This document shows, in pieces, positions 58,770 through 64,000 of a stretch of DNA of 64,000 bases. The notes beneath the pieces were generated by a model that made no database searches, was not told the origin of the DNA, and was given only the letters and a program-made list of their open reading frames with translations. The stretch's first letter is position 1. Every line of letters begins with the position of its first letter. The translations under genes and the position numbers were made by a program. Source of the DNA: Lama glama (lineage: Eukaryota); assembly GCA_028534125.1 (NCBI GenBank), contig CM052846.1, forward strand, positions 1,116,001-1,180,000. The letters are read 5' to 3'.

Positions 58770-58915
58770 CCTCTCTGAACTTCAGTCTCAGCTTCATTAG
58801 TACAGTGGTAATAACACGCCAGAGAGAACTGACCGTGAGAATTACTAGGTGTGAACAGGTAAAGATGTGTAACGTAGTGCCTGGCACACATTAGTTGCAA
58901 AATAAACATTAGTTG
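58770..58915 (+). mobile_element. MIR SINE
   Basis: ctctctgaacttcagtctc...gtaataacac...gtgagaatta...tagtgcctggcacacattagttgcaaaataaacattagtt. Confidence 0.7.
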
Positions 58916-59399
58916 GCTTTTTCCTTCTTCCCTCAGCATCCCCTCAAAGTCCTCACTTACACAAAATTCTATAAGATAAAATCTCAACTGTGTTTGCCTC
59001 TTTCAAAAAATTTAAAAAATACATATTTTATATGTTATTTCTTTATTGAAGTTTGAAAAGAAGAAATACATCTTTGTGTACTGGGTTATGCAAGGACACA
59101 AGGTCGGAAAGCGGGAAGATTTTTGGTAGAACTCCACAGGAATGCTGGAAAAACAGAGCAGAACTTACTTTTCCACTTAACTAATGAAGTATCGATGGCT
59201 AATGCACGACAAGTTCTTGGGAATACAAGCATGAGCGGCAGAGCGACTGTCTGGGAAAATCCCAGTCTGGTGGAGGATTTAAAATGACAGCACAACATGG
59301 GAGATGTTGTCCACGGGCTGGAGGGGCCCAGGTGGCGGGCACAGAGCCAGGCAGCAGGTCTCAGGCTGCTCTTCCAGAAGATGTCATGCCTGAGCAAGA

Positions 59400-59920
59400 C
59401 TCACCTTGAAGGAGCGGAAGGAACCAGCCTGGAAAAGGCAGGCGAACAGCTAAACCATGGCAGGTGCTCGCCCCTGAGGAACCCAGACAGGTGTGAGAAG
59501 CACCTCAAGGTCAAGAACTTCTGAGTGCGGATGATCCCGAGAGAGGCGCGGTGAGGGCGGGGGGCGGGGGCCAAGGGCGCTGAGATATGGGACTCGTCCT
59601 GAAGGAGCCAGGGAGGCACAGGAGGATGTGATCAAAGCGTGGCAGGATCGTGTTTGCAATTTAGAAAGATGACCACGGCAGGAGGGTGGGCTAATGGGTG
59701 CTGGTCAAGCTGGCAAGAGAGAAGCAAGTTAGGGGTAATTTCAGCAATTCGGGTGAGAAATGATAAGGATTAACAAGAAGCAAGCAAGTCGGGATGAGTT
59801 TTAGAGGGTAAATCAAATGAGAAGGACCAGACACCTAGGGTAATGGAGGATGTGAAACATGAGGACTATTCCAGGTTTTTGAGCTCGCTCACCAACTGGG
59901 GAGAAGACGAGATGATTCCG
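59400..59920 (-). mobile_element. LINE-2 fragment (antisense)
   Basis: ggactcgtcctgaaggagccagggaggcacaggaggatgtg...tttgcaatttagaaagatgaccacggcag...aagttagggg...gcaattcgggtgagaaatgataagg. Confidence 0.65.
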
Positions 59921-62900
59921 TGATTCCGAAAGCCCTGGAGGGATGAGGTCCCATCCAGTTTTTGATTTACTCATTTGCAAACATCCTGAGAACGTCCAGG
60001 CGGAGCGGCTTGAAGCACCAGCAGCACTTCCTGAGTCATCTAATTGCACCACGTCATCCACAAGGGGTGCCTGATTTCCTTCCACTGCCGCCCATTCAAC
60101 TGCAGGGGAAGTCGAGCTCCTTGGATCATCTGCGGTTCATCTCTCACCCTCCATTTCCTCTGAATCTTGATTTTGTTACGCAAAGTTATTGCCTCTGGCG
60201 CTTGTGATGGAAGGGCAGGGAGTGGTCCTCGACTAGGCACTCAGGAAGGGACAGGTGGTTCAAGTGGGACGGGATGGGCGCCGCTGTCCCACCGCCCAGG
60301 TGGGATTTGACATTCTCAGGAATCGCCGGGCACTGAGAGTTCATCTGCTCCATGAGGGAGAGGAAGCAAATCCTCTTTGCCTTTTCTCCGTATTGTTTGA
60401 TGCTCACTTGCTTGTGAACTAATTTCAGGAAGGTTCGTAAGCTTCCAGTTCTCATCAGAGAGCTACTTCCGACTAAGAGGCGTTCACGCCGCTTGAACGA
60501 CCAGGACTACAGCTGCACGTCTGGCTCTGTTCATTTTCCCCGAATGATCCCAGAGAGGCCCTTCCAGAGCGAGTGAGGGCTGAATCTCCGCAGGAAGTGA
60601 ACCGATGGTGTCCGGCTGAGTCTCACGGGTGGCCATCAGTACGTGTCCACACTCAGCCGCAGTGAGCCCGGGGGTGTGATGCGCTGAGGGGAGGCGGCCG
60701 GATCTGCAAGCTGGGAGAACTGAGTTGTGCCGCGTACAGTTGTGCCCGTGAGTTTACAGCAAAATCCCCCACAGCCACGGCCTCCTTGTCTGCACGGTCG
60801 TGTTGACGACTGAGGGGCTGGGCAGGTGCGGTGGGAAGGACAGGCAAGCGCCAGGTGGATGCCCGGCACAGGGAGGTGGCCACGCAGCGAGGGCAGTTCC
60901 GTCTCCCCCTGCTCTGTCTATGCCCTTTTCCAAACCACCCCCACGCCTACCCCACCGGACGGCCTAGAGGACGCAGCGTGAGGAAAGGCTCTGCTTAAAC
61001 GCCGCGTTCTCACACTTGTCGTCAGGGTCACGGGGAACGAAGCACGTTCCCAGCCCCTTAGTGTTGTCACACCCACCTCCTTCTCCCCTTTCCCGAGGCC
61101 TCCGTGCGGTCGCTGGCCTGGAAGCGAACCGCCTGCAGAAGCAGGGAGGGTGCCCTGAGCCCCGGCGCCCAGACCCCGCAGGGCGGGGGGCTTTCTGGGC
61201 CGGCTGGCCCTGAGGAAGGATGCGGGCTGGCGCCCGCGGAGCCTGCTTCCTTTCTCGCTCTTGGTCTTGTTCCCTGCCAGGCGGGCTTGCAAGGACCGTG
61301 GCTCCAGTTACGAGACCAAACCACTCCAGTTTCTGTCTCTTCGTGGGCGAAGGTCTCAGGGAAGCCAGCTGATTGGTGGCAGAGCAGCTCGGGCGGCAAA
61401 GGGACGCGTCGGAGGCCCTCGGACCAAAGGCCCGGGTCTGCTCTCGGTGAGGGTGTCTCCATCTCCGTGCCACGCGGGCTGCCCAGACGTCCCCATCTGT
61501 GATCCTCCCATTTCGCGTCTTCCTCCCTGTGCGAAGGTGCTTGCTCCGGTGCCCAGTCAGTTTGCCGGCCAGACGTGGCCACTGTGATGCCACTTCCTTG
61601 TGGAGCTGCTGGCAGAGGTCTGCACGGTCGCTGCCCTGCTCTTGCCGGCCCTGGTCTCTGGGCCGTGGGCAGCCTCGGCGGTTTCCTCCACCCGCCCCTC
61701 TCCTTCCTCTGAATTCCCACCTCGAGAAACTTGAAATGGCTGAGGAGAGGAGTCAGACAAGACACAGAGGGGGTCGGGGTGGTGAACAGTCCTATCGCGT
61801 GTGTGTGCTTTTTGTCTGAGCGCAGGGACGTCCGCAGGTACGCTCGAGCAAGCCTACCCCTTGCACAAGAGCGTAATGACAGCTGTGACGCGTGAGCAAG
61901 GGTGGATGCGGGCAGGGCTCGGGCACAGAGCAAGGGCCAAACGCTGCTGACTTTGGTGTTTACAGAAACCACAGTGGAGTTCAGAGCTTCCACATACACT
62001 AAAAAATTCACATCATATTCACACAACCTAAAAATGATGGAGGTCGGTGGGGCTGGAATCCACCTCCATCGTGGCCACACGGATGCGACACTGTGTGCTC
62101 AGTCAGCTCAGCCCCGAGGCCTCCTGTCCTCGGGGCTCTATTTACCCAACACGAGAGCAGGTCACTGAAGTCTGTGCAAGTCTGCCTTCTTCGTGAGCTT
62201 CCAGAAGGGAAGGTGGAGGTTGCATCTCTTGAACAAAAATGGCACCAAGTCCCCAGACACTTTCCTGGCCCCAAGGCTCAGGTCAAGAGGATGTGCCCTC
62301 TAGGCTGACCCTGTCCCCTTTGCTGCTGACGAACAAGCCCTGGGTAGTGTTGGCTTATGTGTGTCTGACCCTAAACCGGGCCCAAGTCTGAGAGCCTCGG
62401 AGAAGCCACACACAGCAGGGGACCCATCGAGCCTGCAGAAAACCCACGAGAGGAAAGAGCTGAATCCCAGGCTCCCAGGGCACAGCAGAGAAGCACGCGG
62501 GTAGGACGGAGTGGCTTCTCTTTGTTCTCTGGTTTGGATGAAACAAGACACATCACCAGAGATCACAGCCCAGGAAGACAGGTTACAGCCGATGAGACAT
62601 GGACTCTATTCAGCCAAACCCGACTCCACTCGGGGCTGGGAACTATCGGCTTCAAATATAAGCAAGCGTCTGCATGAGTATCTCTCTTCCCCGTCTCCTC
62701 GACTCGACCAGGCCCTCTGTCTCCCTCCACCGCCCCCAGCCAAGGACAGCGGGCCGTCTCTGCGCTCCCGGTAACTCAGACACCGACAGCAGGGCCTGGC
62801 ACGTGCTAAACCTCGGTGACCGTGGACTCAGTGCATCTGGGGCTCCTGAGCTGAGGAACAGCACGGCCAGAGCAGCCCGCAGAGCGGGGCCGTGGGAGAC

Positions 62901-63753
62901 GCCCCGGACGGGGCGGAAGGGAGACGGTCGTCACCCGCAGGCCGGGGCGAGCCGGGGCGGCGGGGCCGGCGGCTGTGGGCTGCCTGGCCGCGGGGGGGCC
63001 TGGGTTGGAGAGGGTCGTACAGAGACGAAAGGTAATGCGGTGCTGAGCGGGGAGGACCCGCGGGATCTGCCTGCTCACTTCCGTCTGAAAGGAAGCGGGT
63101 CTGGACCAAACAGCTGGCCTCTGCTCATTTTCTTTCTTTCCCCCTTGTGTGAGTTGTTTGCTTGCTTGCTTCTCTTCAGGGGCAAGGCTACCCTTGCGTT
63201 TATATTCTTGTCCATTTTCTGAGACGCTTGGGTTTCACCGTTCACAGTTTTCAGACAAAACACCTCAACTCAGAGGCCGGGAGTGTGCCCTGGGTCTCCC
63301 AGCTGGCCAGCAGCCGGGCGGGACACGGGGATCCAGGCCCCCTTCCCTCTGCTGCCCTGCTCTGCCCTCCCTCCAGCACCACAGCTCGCCCCTCTCCTGC
63401 CCTGGGAGGCCGCACTTGGACATCCTCGCCAGACCTTTCCTCTCGGTCATGGGCAAACCCTGCCCGCCCGCACTGCACCCTCAGGTCTCAACTAACAGGG
63501 AGGCATCAGCAGGAGGCAAACCTTAAACTGGCCGCATTTCCCGAGGGCTCTCGGGAACAGGACCAAGGGCAGTGATGCGATGGGGGATCAGACCCAGGCT
63601 TCTGGGCCAGTGGGTCCCCCACATCTTGGCCCCCTTTCTAAGAGCCCATCCTGGGTGTCAGCTTCTTATCAAGTCCAATGAAGACTCTAGTGGCATTAAA
63701 TGTGGTCCCTGCTGCCAGGGAGTGTGGCATAGAATCAGGAGGGTGCCCCCCCC

Positions 63754-63812
63754 CACGCACACACACCCTCACACACACATACCACACACACACATACACG
63801 CGCGCACACACT
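63754..63812. repeat. Interrupted (CA)n microsatellite
   Basis: cacgcacacacaccctcacacacacataccacacacacacatacacgcgcgcacacact. Confidence 0.8.
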
Positions 63813-64000
63813 CACCTGTGACTAAAATGTTAAATGGCGACGCACAGACCTCAGAGGCCACGTCCCGCTGGGGGAGGGTCTGGAGGGCGATTAAAGCCCA
63901 GAAATGACTTCAGATGCAGAAGCGCCCCCGCTCCTGCAGCGGCTTTCGCACCAAGTCCGCCCAGGAACCATGACCTGTGGAGTAAAGCTGAGGCCAGACC

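Noticed and set aside
55500-64000. 3' exons of the neighbouring convergent gene (NTM in other mammals), or ORF 61067-62080 as a gene
   Set aside because: No IgLON-like peptide on the minus strand; the 337-aa ORF is compositionally biased with no recognisable domain.

Overview
Mammalian genomic DNA, not prokaryotic. A Vic-1-type tRNA-Ala SINE suggests a camelid. The window holds the 3' end of OPCML (OBCAM, an IgLON-family GPI-anchored neural adhesion molecule) on the + strand. About 37 kb of a large intron is followed by three constitutive coding exons (37352-37489, 37834-37954, 38411-38562; end of Ig2 plus Ig3) and a 27-nt frame-preserving microexon missed by the ORF track (39447-39473, EISPSPAVA). 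The terminal exon encodes the GPI signal (50308-50408) and carries a ~5 kb 3'UTR ending after AATAAA at 55464; ~8.5 kb of downstream DNA follows. The remainder is old transposon debris (L2, MIR, L1M, MLT1, MER21, MER5, a near-complete Charlie1a-like hAT element), two 500-N gaps and unusually GC/CpG-rich sequence. Nearly all listed ORFs are spurious. I see no wholly new biological system. The most interesting signal is a possible splicing switch at the Ig3-GPI junction: the microexon has two donors 4 nt apart, and the second would frameshift away the GPI signal and give an NMD-escaping secreted OPCML. Repeat family names and ortholog comparisons are from recalled consensus sequences, not database searches.
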